Assembly: GCF_001194135.2 (NCBI RefSeq)
Contig: NC_068999.1
Coordinates: forward strand, 12,557,861 to 12,621,860
DNA length: 64,000 nt
Reading direction: 5' to 3'
From: Octopus bimaculoides
Taxonomy: Eukaryota
Shown: positions 38,855 to 52,460 of the stretch, in pieces
Position numbering within the stretch: position 1 is the first letter of the stretch
Layout: every line of letters begins with the position of its first letter
Made by a program: the position numbers and the translations under genes
The notes under the pieces: generated by a model
Seen by the model: the letters and a program-made list of their open reading frames with translations, nothing else
What the model was told of the DNA's origin: nothing
The model's database searches: none

Positions 38855-39020
38855 GGGGGTTTTGTGCATAATGTCAACTCGAATTCCGGAATAGTATTTA
38901 AAATTATCGACCTCAGAAACATGTAATGCAGATTTGACAACGGCAGAATTTGAACTCAAAAACTAATAAATTGGAAGAAATATTGCTATGAAATTCTTCA
39001 TAAACACGCCACCATCTCAC
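38855..39020 (-). mobile_element. SINE family B, decayed
   Basis: aaattatcgacctcagaaac...gatttgacaacggcagaatttgaactca...aatattgctatgaa...ccatctcaccac. Confidence 0.55.
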
Positions 39021-42000
39021 CACTTTGAAAACAGGTCAGTCACTATACAATGAAATATTACTAAGGCCTTTAAAGAAAAATGAATATCTTGCAACTTCCA
39101 AAATTGAAATTGATTTAAGTAAATTCGATTAATGATTATGTTTGCTAACGATAAATTTTTAGTTATTTTATTTCAAAGCGTAAGACAAAACAAAATATCA
39201 GCTTCTACAAAGGACGTCACTAGCAACAGACTTCAGTAGACACCTTCCATTGTTATACAAAGGTTTTATATAAATCGCAGATCAAATAATATTTTAGGTA
39301 TGCTAACATATATCTATAAAAAAAAATGTAAAATATATTTTTCTAAACGTTGGCAAACTTACTTTGGGCATTTGAAAAAATCTGACAATCATGTCTGAAT
39401 TGAAATAGTGCACATTCCGTTAAGAAATTTCTCTGACAACTGCTTGTGATTGACACGTTTACAGTCAAAGTGCAGAATTTGAATATATCATAGTAATAAA
39501 TTAAACAATAAATACAAGTAGAAGAGTATGAAGCGGAGCTTTACATTCCGAATACAAAATGTCACTAAAATTTCGCTTGGGACAGTTAAAGAGGTTTGCG
39601 CGATTGGAATCTACTAGATATATCAATGATTCTGCTTTCATATTTAACATGGTTAGATCATAATAGAAATATCCCGCACTGTATCACTACGTCTTCATAT
39701 ATTGTAAGTAGTCTAAAAGTCTGATTGTGTGCTCTTCTTCTGAGGTGTTAAGATGGATTCATCTGTATACAAATATGATCTACTGCTTTTAATTTTGAAA
39801 TTGCGAATGGTTCGCGTATACATGCATATACTNNNNNNNNNNNNNNNNNNNNNNNNNNNNNNNNNNNNNNNNNNNNNNNNNNNNNNNNNNNNNNNNNNNN
39901 NNNNNNNNNNNNNNNNNNNNNNNNNNNNNNNNNNNNNNNNNNNNNNNNNNNNNNNNNNNNNNNNNNNNNNNNNNNNNNNNNNNNNNNNNNNNNNNNNNNN
40001 NNNNNNNNNNNNNNNNNNNNNNNNNNNNNNNNNNNNNNNNNNNNNNNNNNNNNNNNNNNNNNNNNNNNNNNNNNNNNNNNNNNNNNNNNNNNNNNNNNNN
40101 NNNNNNNNNNNNNNNNNNNNNNNNNNNNNNNNNNNNNNNNNNNNNNNNNNNNNNNNNNNNNNNNNNNNNNNNNNNNNNNNNNNNNNNNNNNNNNNNNNNN
40201 NNNNATATGTGTGTGTGTGTATCTGTGTGTGTGTGTGTGTGTGTGCGTGTGTGTGTGTGTGTTTGCATGCGTGCTTTGTTATGTGTATGTGTCTATGTGT
40301 GTAAATCATTTTTCTGTGGACTTATATTATTCTGAAGCTTTAAGAAATTTGATTTTGTAATAGTTTGAATTCTGTATTTTAAAACTTAGACTGAATGATT
40401 TCCATATTTCATCTATAGGACAAGGTATGCTTTGAAACATAGCTTAGAATTTTTAAATATAAAATAGCCAAAAGCTATCTATAACTGGTTTTAGCTTGTT
40501 AAACATGCTACCAGTCCTTACTTGCTCTGAATCATTTTCCTTTGAGTAAGTCAGAGTCTATCCATCCATCTCTCTCTTTGTCTGTCTGTCTGTCACACTC
40601 TCTGCTTCTCTGTCTCGTTGTATCTGTATGTCTATCTCTGCCCTTTTCTGTATATATATATATAACCGTGAATCTACCGATATTTCTCCACCATTCCCAC
40701 TACATTTCCAGAATTGCTGCTCTTCTCGGAAAATTGTATGTCAAAAGCAAATCAATTAGTTGATTCCCACTTGAGACAGTAAAATAGATTATTTCTCGTA
40801 CGAAAATTGTGCACAGTACATAACATATTCGCATTCACATAGATCGACTCTATTTTCTTTAAGTGAGGTCTGCCGTCGCTTCATTTTTTAATGCGATCTT
40901 CTAGACTTTCTCTGTTATTTTTGCTTTTGTTGGAACAGTTTGTGTTAAATTATTTAATTATATGGACGTATAAAATGCAGTCATAAATAAATATATAGAT
41001 GCATACATACATATACACTTATATCCGCCCACACCATATGTATATGATTATTTAAATGTATGTATTATANNNNNNNNNNNNNNNNNNNNNNNNNNNNNNN
41101 NNNNNNNNNNNNNNNNNNNNNNNNNNNNNNNNNNNNNNNNNNNNNNNNNNNNNNNNNNNNNNNNNNNNNNNNNNNNNNNNNNNNNNNNNNNNNNNNNNNN
41201 NNNNNNNNNNNNNNNNNNNNNNNNNNNNNNNNNNNNNNNNNNNNNNNNNNNNNNNNNNNNNNNNNNNNNNNNNNNNNNNNNNNNNNNNNNNNNNNNNNNN
41301 NNNNNNNNNNNNNNNNNNNNNNNNNNNNNNNNNNNNNNNNNNNNNNNNNNNNNNNNNNNNNNNNNNNNNNNNNNNNNNNNNNNNNNNNNNNNNNNNNNNN
41401 NNNNNNNNNNNNNNNNNNNNNNNNNNNNNNNNNNNNNNNNNNNNNNNNNNNNNNNNNNNNNNNNNNTATTGTTTTGTATGTATATATGTGGTGGGGGATA
41501 TATGTATGTATGTATTTATTTATATGTATATGTAAATGTTAAAAACTTCCCGGTGTTTTCCATTTACGTAGGCGTACGGAAGCGCATATTTAGAGATAGA
41601 GTGCAGTTCCCGTAGCGATTTTGTTTCGACTACATCTCCTATCAACTACCTCTACCATCTGACAAATAGTTTTTTTTCTCCATTTAAACAACAAGAAACG
41701 AAATAGTTCAACAACTCTCAGATTTAGAACGTATGTTGGAACTGTAAGAATGGTGTACCAGATGTCCTTGCGTACTTTGTCTACGTTGTAGTTAGGGACA
41801 CATTTTATGTTTATAGTATTGTGCATTGGTTCCCTGAGAACTTGGCTGAAAATATTCTTAAATCGGTGATATGTCTTGTTATAAATGGCTTCATTATGGA
41901 GATCCTATCATGCAGGTTTCTTTAAGGTAACAAATGAAGTTGGAATTGTTGGGATTTCACATTTGAATGCAAATCGCCATTCAAACACAGCAATTTTCTT

Positions 42001-42319
42001 GTTCGGTTTTCTTAAATGTCTTGCAATCTGCAGCCAACGACTGTTATTGTGTTTTCGACCCCAAAAGATGAACGTAACTTTGACTTCGGTGATATTTGTA
42101 TTCAGGACGATTCAATTCCCAAGAACATAATCAAAGCATTCTACTTAACACTCTAAAGGCTTAATTAATTTAATGATTAACTAAGCTGATTCACTGGATT
42201 TGATCCGGACATTTGCATTCTGTGTTCATATCCCATAATGGTAAATAGGCGAAGCAGAAACACTACTTTCATCGTTTCTATATTACATCATGTCATATCT
42301 ATAGTCTACATCAGTCTCT

Positions 42320-42452
42320 CCATCCGTCCGGCAAAAGAGACCGATAGAATAAGTACTAGGCTTACAAAGAATAAGTCCTGGAGTCGATCTGCTCGACTAA
42401 AGGCGGTGCTCCAACATGGCCACAAACACATGACTGAAACAAGTAAAAGAGT
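42320..42452 (+). mobile_element. SINE family A, 3' fragment
   Basis: cggcaaaagagaccgatagaataagtactaggcttacaaagaataagtcctggagtcgatctgctcgactaaaggcggtgctccaacatggcc...tgactgaaacaagtaaaagag. Confidence 0.9.
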
Positions 42453-42878
42453 ATGTATATATGTATGTATATATGNNNNNNNNNNNNNNNNNNNNNNNNN
42501 NNNNNNNNNNNNNNNNNNNNNNNNNNNNNNNNNNNNNNNNNNNNNNNNNNNNNNNNNNNNNNNNNNNNNNNNNNNNNNNNNNNNNNNNNNNNNNNNNNNN
42601 NNNNNNNNNNNNNNNNNNNNNNNNNNNNNNNNNNNNNNNNNNNNNNNNNNNNNNNNNNNNNNNNNNNNNNNNNNNNNNNNNNNNNNNNNNAATCCAAAAG
42701 AAAAAAATAACAACAAAACTACAAAAGGATTCCGCGGTACACGTGTTTCAAGCTCTAGATGTGTATAATATAATATAAAATAATATAATATAACATAACA
42801 TAATATGTGTATATATATATATATGTGTGTATATATATATATAAATTTAAGGAATGGAGAAAACGCATGTTATAATTG

Positions 42879-42914
42879 CATACTTTATTCCTACATATGT
42901 AGGAATAAAGTATG
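42879..42914. repeat. Perfect 36-bp palindrome
   Basis: catactttattcctacatatgtaggaataaagtatg is its own reverse complement. Confidence 0.95.
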
Positions 42915-43134
42915 TTTATATCTTTTGTGTATCAGTATGCATCTGAAGGAGTGAACTTAGGAATATACTTGTTTGCTAATGCACGATTTTTATATATCAA
43001 TATCATTATCTATGTATCTATAAATCTATAGTTGAGATATACATGTATATGTGTGTATCTATATGACTGTGTGTATGTATGTAAATATGTATGCATTTAT
43101 AAGCGTTGAAATTCCATTAAGCTTAAATAATAGT

Positions 43135-43138
<4 letters not shown>

Positions 43139-43212
<74 letters not shown>
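43139..43212. repeat. (TA)n(GA)n microsatellite
   Basis: Directly visible. Confidence 0.95.
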
Positions 43213-43217
<5 letters not shown>

Positions 43218-44398
43218 AGACAATGAGAGAGAAAAATGGAAAGAATTAAACTATGATGTAAAATACACATGAAGAAATATCAATGACTACACAAGATACT
43301 ATGACCAAATTAAGCAGATAAATACAAAATTAAATGTCTTCTTGGGAGATTTCACCGAGGGCAGATAGTTCCTGGAAGTTAGGCCAATAAAACTGGAGTT
43401 ATGATAAATGATGTCCATTCGTTAATTTAGTTTATTTAGATAAAATTCTTCTATATCACATCTACTAGTATAAGTCGGTTGCTATTTTTATCACCTCAAG
43501 CAAAATTTGAGGGTTTTTCTCGAATTCGATAATGGACGCTGGAATGTCAGAAATTTGTTATATATGAGCATTCACCGAATAAATCTTTCAAAATTGATCA
43601 TGTCATCATAATCGGAAAAAGGGATGCTATACTAACAAATATATTTTCAGAGAAATGAACGTGTACGTTCTTTCAGTTCATTTTTTAATTTATCAACCTT
43701 TTATTTAATTTGTTATATTTAAAATAAATAGATGAATAAAATAATAATGGAAAGAAAGTAATGCACCGATCACCAACCTACCAATTTGCCATAAACTAAT
43801 TAATAACACACCCCCATCTAAATTTGCCGGGATTATGAACACCACAGCATAGGTGATGTATAGAACTAATAAACAACTCAAATCCCAAAGGATAAACAAA
43901 AGCACGCGAGCACGCGTATATGCACACACCACACAAATATTTATACATATATTTACCTATTTATACGTATAAATATATATATATAGATGTATACATAATA
44001 TACATACATGTCTATATCTGAATCTATCTATCTACCTCCCTCTCTCATTCTCTCTCTATCTATCTGTCTAAATGTATGTATACATCGATATATGCATACA
44101 TTCATATATNNNNNNNNNNNNNNNNNNNNNNNNNNNNNNNNNNNNNNNNNNNNNNNNNNNNNNNNNNNNNNNNNNNNNNNNNNNNNNNNNNNNNNNNNNN
44201 NNNNNNNNNNNNNNNNNNNNNNNNNNNNNNNNNNNNNNNNNNNNNNNNNNNNNNNNNNNNNNNNNNNNNNNNNNNNNNNNNNNNNNNNNNNNNNNNNNNN
44301 NNNNNNNNNNNNNNNNNNNNNNNNNNNNNNNNNNNNNNNNNNNNNNNNNNNNNNNNNNNNNNNNNNNNNNNNNNNNNNNNNNNNNNNNNNNNNNNNNN

Positions 44399-44456
<58 letters not shown>

Positions 44457-47158
44457 ATGTGTGTGTGAGTGTGTGTGTGTGTGTACTAGATACAGGTATA
44501 TACACACGAGCAAATGGTTTTGTGTGTGCATATGCATTTCTATTTGATTTCAAATTTGTTTATACATAGAGAGTATGAAGTTGTGTTGCATGCTTCAGTT
44601 AGTAGTTTTACGTGCATTAATATAATTGCTGAGCATATGAGTATCCCATGTAGAGCGAAAATTCAGTCGTGAGTTCAGGAAGTGCGTCTGTTGAATGAAA
44701 GATTATGTTACTGGAAGAAATGTAAGAAAATGTATATGGAAATTTGCGATTGAAGACACGCATTTGAATTCTGTACGCTGTGAATATCCACATGATACCT
44801 ATAATTCTAAGCTATTTCTCTATTTAGTATATACATATGTATGAGAGGGAAAGATTCTGCATTTGTATGTGTGGTGTAAGTAAACGCATGACACTTTTGT
44901 TGATTTCTGAATAGCACGCATTAATTTACTTTAAATGATCTCACATGATGCATTGAAAGTAATGTTTATATGCATACAGAAAATAAGAGAAATCTAAAAG
45001 ATAATTGAATAATTTGGTGAAAGTACATAAACAAATGTAGGAGCGAGACTATCATTTGTCTTGATTTGTTTACTGTCTTCCCTTGTTATTCGTGTAACAG
45101 CGATGAGAAAATTACGTAATATGTTACAAGTAGCTGTCAAAAATCTCAAAATACTTTAGTTTTCTCCACTCCTTCTCTCCTGGGTCGCTAAGACGGGTAA
45201 GTACGAAATTACAAACTGTTAAGCAAACGATGAAACGCAATTAATTGTTCTAGCTATAGTAGAATTCGAATTTTCGTGGTTTATTTATATGAAAATACAA
45301 ATGCTATTATAAGACATAATTAAATAGAAAAAAAAAGGACTAATTCATAATATGCCTATATCACGATATTGAAGGAATCAATTTAACTAACTTTGTAATT
45401 GTATCATTCGTGACATATCTAATCATGTATAGTTCTAAAAGGCACACTTACATTACAACAAATCCTTTCCGTATATCAAGCGGTTATTTAAGTAATTTTA
45501 AATTTAACTCGAAGAATGACTTGCGGCGCTTACTATCTGTACAATAACAGCTTCATACATTGACATATTTCCATGCAGACGTACACGAGCGCGCACGAAA
45601 CACACACACACGTGCACACACACGCACACACACACATACGCACGCACACGCACACGCACACATACACACAGTCACACACACACACACACACACACGTGTA
45701 AACACAGATAGACACCTCTCTATATATATTTCAATGTGTATGTCAACGTTTTGAAAGTGTTCCAAGTTTAGGAAAATATTACAAACGCGTCGGTACAATT
45801 CTGTCTTCAGTACCAGTAAATAAGATATAAATTCAACGATATGAGAGGATATGTAACGACGCTCATTTGTTTCTTAATACTTATGTGACACATGAATATT
45901 CATGAAGTGGTAAAAGTAGATAGACAAGTAGCGTCAAGTAACTGATGAGATTTAGATTTTATGAATTCATCCACGTCAGTATTTGATTATGAAGATCGGA
46001 AGTTAAATGCGAGAGTCAATATAACGGGTGATGTCGTCTCAGGCTCTAAATAATTTGCACATCTGCGTGGAATAAGTTTGCTTCTGTTTGTAGAGCTACC
46101 GAGAAAGCGGGATGTTTGCATAACGTATCTTCACATTATCATCGCGTAAGACGATTACTTTTTGTTTTCATTTACATTATTTTGAAGCGTTGAAAGTGGC
46201 ATCCTCTTAATTTTCAAAATTTGTCCTATACGCCTGCAAGTTTCCAGGGTTTATCCAATACAACTGCGATTTGCTCTTGGTGAGTGTTATCAGTGATAAT
46301 GTTCTTCAAACTGGTGCGGCAGCTGTACGATGGTTTTATCAAGTATGTACAAAAAATGTTCCTTTATGTATGGCTTAATGGGAAATGCCTGTGTAAAGAA
46401 CTAGAAATTCCTTACCTATGTGAGGTTTAGCGTTTAGGTAGAAAGGTAAGAAGCGAATCATATTCTTTGCATTTTGCATCTATTATCAGATGTATTTTTA
46501 GGTTTGATGTTTTAAATTGAAAATATTCCAATATATCTAAACTTTGGAGCCTATTTCAGTACGGGACTGCCTTATAAACTATTTCTGGGTGATAACACTT
46601 CTGTATATATTGGAGAAATAACCCCAAGAAATCTTTGCAGTATAGGTCAATATCGTTGGATGGGAACTCGGATCTCATTGTATTTAATATAAAGAAACCT
46701 GAAAAATTGCAGATGTCTTCATTGTTCTACAATCCCATCGCAGAATCGAACAGTTTATCTGCATTTGACTTTTTAACACATGCTCAGGCGATATAAAATT
46801 CAAGGTCTTTGTTGTCATATGCAATATAATGCGCAGGTCAATGCGGTCGATATTGCCTTCTCATCCCAGGTTTTGCATCACATTTCTTCTAAATTTTCCT
46901 CGATGCTTTTCATGTATCAGCTCTCTGATTTTCAGATTGAACAAACAATATACTCAGTGTCCAAATTTGACTGGTGATACAACAGACGTTATAAAATCTT
47001 GCCTTATCTCTTGACTTAAAGGCAAGAAATTAATGGTAGTTCTTACTTTAATACAGTGTACGTTAATACATCTCATGCGGTGGAGAATTATTTTTGTTGA
47101 TCATACGTGAAGGAAAAAGTCAATCATACATGTTTGTGTGTGTGTGTGTTGTGTGCAT

Positions 47159-47195
<37 letters not shown>

Positions 47196-48099
47196 NNNNN
47201 NNNNNNNNNNNNNNNNNNNNNNNNNNNNNNNNNNNNNNNNNNNNNNNNNNNNNNNNNNNNNNNNNNNNNNNNNNNNNNNNNNNNNNNNNNNNNNNNNNNN
47301 NNNNNNNNNNNNNNNNNNNNNNNNNNNNNNNNNNNNNNNNNNNNNNNNNNNNNNNNNNNNNNNNNNNNNNNNNNNNNNNNNNNNNNNNNNNNNNNNNNNN
47401 NNNNNNNNNNNNNNNNNNNNNNNNNNNNNNNNNNNNNNNNNNNNNNNNNNNNNNNNNNNNNNNNNNNNNNNNNNNNNNNNNNNNNNNNNNNNNNNNNNNN
47501 NNNNNNNNATTGCATATCATATTATATTGCGTATTAGATAATAAAATATTTTACTCTTTGCCTATTGTGAGCGTGATATCATTTTATAAAATTATTTTCG
47601 GAATTTATAAATCTCGTTGAAAAGAAAAAAAAAAAAGAAGATTCTTCAGAATATAATTCATTGCGCGCAATGCCTTTCACAATAAAAATGCCTGTGTGCA
47701 TGACTGCAGATTAATAATTTTCAAACTTCTCCTAGCAACCCGTCAAATATGATGTATTATTTAACACCGTACTTCTTGAAGTTAAATATTAGCTACTTAT
47801 GTGTGGAAATTTCTCCAAATAAATATCATAATTAATTTCTTTTGAATTTCAATAAAAAACAAAATTGATAAGTTTTTCCCATATTCCAAAAATGATTTTG
47901 AACAATATAATTTTACGCAAAGTTTGGAAGTAAATTAGCGATTTTCGTTTTCCTTTTTATTATGATGTAAATATACTGGTGCATTTCTAACGTTCTACAC
48001 ACAAACAGACACACATACATGCACACGAATAAGCATATATGTGTGTGTATGTGTATATGTAGATGCATTTCAATATATGTAAGTATATATTTCTGCCAT

Positions 48100-48220
48100 G
48101 GTCGACTTTGCCTTTCGTCCTTTAGAGTCGATAAATTAAGTGGCAGTTGCGTACTGGGGTCGATCCAATTGATTGGCCCCTCCCCACAAATTTCGGACCT
48201 TGTGCCTAGAGTAGAAAAAC
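48100..48220 (+). mobile_element. SINE family B, headless copy
   Basis: gtcgactttgcctttcgtcctttagagtcgataaattaagtggcag...ctggggtcgat...cccacaaatttcggaccttgtgcctagagtagaaaa. Confidence 0.85.
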
Positions 48221-48537
48221 TATATATAAGTATATATCTGTATCCATACAGAATCATATGTGTCTCACACCACAGATATTTACAGATAAATACGCACGCG
48301 CACATAAAAGTATGTGTATTTATGAATCAAAAGTGTGTTTATTGGTATATGCGAGTGAGTAGATATTGTAGTTTTACTTGTGTCACAGTCTTCATTATTT
48401 GGGGTACCCCCTGTGCATTCACTTGGTCATCAGTCACGTAATGAACTAACATTGGCCCTCTCAACAACCAGGCAACACTCCGATATAGCAAGGAACTGAC
48501 TCAAATAAGTAACAATATTATTATTAATCTCCCTAAC

Positions 48538-48770
48538 GTGGTGAACTGGCAGAAACCATAGCACGCCGGGCGAAATGCTTAGTAGTATTTCGTCCGGCGC
48601 TACGTTATGAGTTCAAATTTCGCAGAAGTCTACTTTGCCTTTCATCCTTTCGGGGTCGATAAATTGAGTACCAGTTACGCATTGCGGTCGATGTAATCGA
48701 CTTAATCCCTTTGCCTGTCCTTGTTTGTCCCCTCTATGTTTAGCCCAGTATGGGCAATAAAGAAACAAGA
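48538..48770 (+). mobile_element. SINE family B, best-preserved full copy (Meta/MESC-like central domain)
   Basis: Head gtggtgaactggcagaaaccatagcacgccgggcgaaatgc...gagttcaaatttc (B-box-like). Centre ctttgcctttcatcctttcggggtcgataaattgagtaccag resembles, from memory, the Meta/Sauria-type SINE central domain. Ends in aataaagaaacaaga. Confidence 0.9.
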
Positions 48771-48772
48771 GA

Positions 48773-48900
48773 TGTTAACCACGCCGGGTGAAATTTCGTC
48801 TGTCTTTTCTTTCTGAGTTCAAATTTCACCTTGCATTTCATCCTTTCAAGTCGAAAAATTACGTACCAGTTGCGCATTTGAGTCGATCTAATCGACTACA
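48773..48900 (+). mobile_element. SINE family B, truncated tandem copy
   Basis: gttaaccacgccgggtgaaatttcgtctgtc...gagttcaaatttc...tttcatcctttc...gtaccagttgcgc...gtcgatctaatcgact. Confidence 0.8.
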
Positions 48901-49447
48901 ATGATACTCAGTACCTTTTCTGTCGCCACTCAACGTTTAGAGGAAGAAAGAGAGTATAAAAGAAGAATCACATTGTTTGATTAGATTTTAAAATATTCAT
49001 GATTTAGTGGAAAAAAAAAACAGAAATATTATATTTGTAACTTAATACTACAAAGTAATAACAGATCAGAATGTAATACTTGTTGGAAAATGTGCAGTTT
49101 AATTTACAATTTGAATATTTGTTTGATGTATATATAAAATTAACGATAAATATGATAGCAGTGAAACATTAAATTATTATTCAATATATCGCACGTATAT
49201 ATGTATGTATATATGTATGTATGCATACACATATGATAACCACTCTCTATGATGTGCTCGTGTTTATATAATTTAATCTTTCCATAAGAGACTGCTCACA
49301 TTCATATTTTTATGTGTGCGTGTGTATATGTAAGCGAGTGCTTGTGTATGCATGCGTGTGTGTGTTTGTACGTATGTATGTGAGTGTACGCATGTGTGTG
49401 AGTGTGTCTCTTTTTATGTGAGTGCGTGTATCTTTCTCTTTCTCCCG

Positions 49448-49487
<40 letters not shown>

Positions 49488-51171
49488 TATAAAGTATATA
49501 CTATAAAGTATATACTATATGTAAATGACGTTATTGATCATTATGCTAATAACTTCTCATTCCTCCCATTAAATTGCCTCAAATTATGAAGTGATATTAT
49601 TTACTGATGGTTAGCACTTATTTTAGACAATATATGCAATATACATATAATTAAACAATCAATAAGAATCTGTTGCATTATCCACCGAATTAAATTGCTC
49701 TGTTACTTCCTTGAGACAAACATATCTCGTATTTTTTTAGGAGGTTGTGTTTTATGCATGTATGGAAAGAAAAATTAAAATGATTGAGGAGTGACTGTAT
49801 TCTGCGCAGCGACAAACGTTGTTTAAAACATGGGTAGTAATATTTACAGTTGGAATTAGAAAAACAATATTTCATACACAAGTCACTCGGATATCGCACT
49901 CAATATATATTGTTCAATATTTTCGTCAGCCAACAAATTTAACGAAGGTCTTTTTGACAATAAACCCCATGTAATAAGACTGAAATACATTTTCGGATAT
50001 ATCCGTTTACGTAGAACACATAACAATTTCTTTTGCCTTCTATGATGGATTGAGACGTTGCTATATATTATGGATGGGAATAACAGCGTTGGCATATCAT
50101 GTACCCAAACTTTATTGATATGGATCACCTCACACTGATGAACACAACCACGTTCAGAAGAACGATTCGGCAATACGTTTCTAGCATAGCTACTTCGCTA
50201 TCATATTACTTGGCAACAACAACAGTAAATACTTACTAATTCCTTACAAACGATACATCTTTATAGAGATTCGTGCCAAACTGACAGTCAGATAGCTATT
50301 TCATACACATAACACATTTCCTCTCTTTCAACAAGTTATAAAACGCGTATGCTCTCTGCATCTTCTGCAAATATATATGATTATTGCAGTGAGATTGGTG
50401 AAGTGAAAAGCTGACACAGCATGAAATAAAAAAAGAAAGAAACTCATGTACACGCACATACACACATTCCCAGACACCTAAGCTGTAGGCATAAGCATTT
50501 ATAGCTCATGTATGTACATATTCATTTTAATGCACTTGTTTTTATATATATATATATATATATNNNNNNNNNNNNNNNNNNNNNNNNNNNNNNNNNNNNN
50601 NNNNNNNNNNNNNNNNNNNNNNNNNNNNNNNNNNNNNNNNNNNNNNNNNNNNNNNNNNNNNNNNNNNNNNNNNNNNNNNNNNNNNNNNNNNNNNNNNNNN
50701 NNNNNNNNNNNNNNNNNNNNNNNNNNNNNNNNNNNNNNNNNNNNNNNNNNNNNNNNNNNNNNNNNNNNNNNNNNNNNNNNNNNNNNNNNNNNNNNNNNNN
50801 NNNNNNNNNNNNNNNNNNNNNNNNNNNNNNNNNNNNNNNNNNNNNNNNNNNNNNNNNNNNNNNNNNNNNNNNNNNNNNNNNNNNNNNNNNNNNNNNNNNN
50901 NNNNNNNNNNNNNNNNNNNNNNNNNNNNNNNNNNNNNNNNNNNNNNNNNNNNNNNNNNNNNNNNNNNNNNNNNNNNNNNNNNNNNNNNNNNNNNNNNNNN
51001 NNNNNNNNNNNNNNNNNNNNNNNNNNNNNNNNNNNNNNNNNNNNNNNNNNNNNNNNNNNNNNNNNNNNNNNNNNNNNNNNNNNNNNNNNNNNNNNNNNNN
51101 NNNNNNNNNNNNNNNNNNNNNNNNNNNNNNNNNNNNNNNNNNNNNNNNNNNNNNNNNNNNNNNNNNNNNNN

Positions 51172-51207
<36 letters not shown>

Positions 51208-52420
51208 ATCATATATTCGTACACAAACCAACAAATATATTCTAACATTTAAAAATGACATAGTAGTATAGCATGAGATAAAGTATTGTTTGTATGGGAG
51301 AACAAAAAAAAATAAATAAATAAAATGAATATATAATAAAAAAAATAAAAACCTTTATGAAAGAAGACATTGATATGAAGAAATCTATAACACTAAAGAA
51401 GATAATGGTTTGCAGAAACGTCAGATTTAACAGAGAAATAGATATAGATCTAGGAAGTAAGGCAAAGAAAACGAAATAAGATAAAGTCAAGTATCATCTT
51501 GTATTAGAGTTTAGTTTTCAGATATCTCGTGTCTAATCATTCATTTTTCGCTATCTGATTATTCATCATTTACAGACATTTATTGATTAATATATAATCT
51601 TGATGGGAGTTTGTTTTTTGTTTTTTTTTCATGTAGGAGTTTCTAGCTTGATACATCTAGTTTCTCGCTGATAGATACGCATGTAAATATATGCACAGAG
51701 ACATAGATACAACATCACAAACACACACGGGCACACACACACATACACATACGCATACGCATACACATGTATATGTATATATAAATGTATATCTTTATCT
51801 ATCTGTGTATGTATCCATGTATGTATCTACCTATCTATCTCTCTCTCTCCCTATATATATATATATATATATATATNNNNNNNNNNNNNNNNNNNNNNNN
51901 NNNNNNNNNNNNNNNNNNNNNNNNNNNNNNNNNNNNNNNNNNNNNNNNNNNNNNNNNNNNNNNNNNNNNNNNNNNNNNNNNNNNNNNNNNNNNNNNNNNN
52001 NNNNNNNNNNNNNNNNNNNNNNNNNNNNNNNNNNNNNNNNNNNNNNNNNNNNNNNNNNNNNNNNNNNNNNNNNNNNNNNNNNNNNNNNNNNNNNNNNNNN
52101 NNNNNNNNNNNNNNNNNNNNNNNNNNNNNNNNNNNNNNNNNNNNNNNNNNNNNNNNNNNNNNNNNNNNNNNNNNNNNNNNNNNNNNNNNNNNNNNNNNNN
52201 NNNNNNNNNNNNNNNNNNNNNNNNNNNNNNNNNNNNNNNNNNNNNNNNNNNNNNNNNNNNNNNNNNNNNNNNNNNNNNNNNNNNNNNNNNNNNNNNNNNN
52301 NNNNNNNNNNNNNNNNNNNNNNNNNNNNNNNNNNNNNNNNNNNNNNNNNNNNNNNNNNNNNNNNNNNNNNNNNNNNNNNNNNNNNNNNNNNNNNNNNNNN
52401 NNNNNNNNNNNNNNNNNNNN

Positions 52421-52460
<40 letters not shown>

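Noticed and set aside
23258-46290. Isolated GTAAGT/GTGAGT donors (minus ~23257; plus ~45197, ~46281; also GTATGA ~38003) with short open frames
   Set aside because: Such hexamers are frequent in AT-rich DNA; there are no recognisable peptides and no consistent gene model.
50165-50215. Minus-strand TAGC-tat-GCTA-GAAACGTA, hammerhead-like
   Set aside because: The CUGANGA core is absent and stem I is ambiguous.
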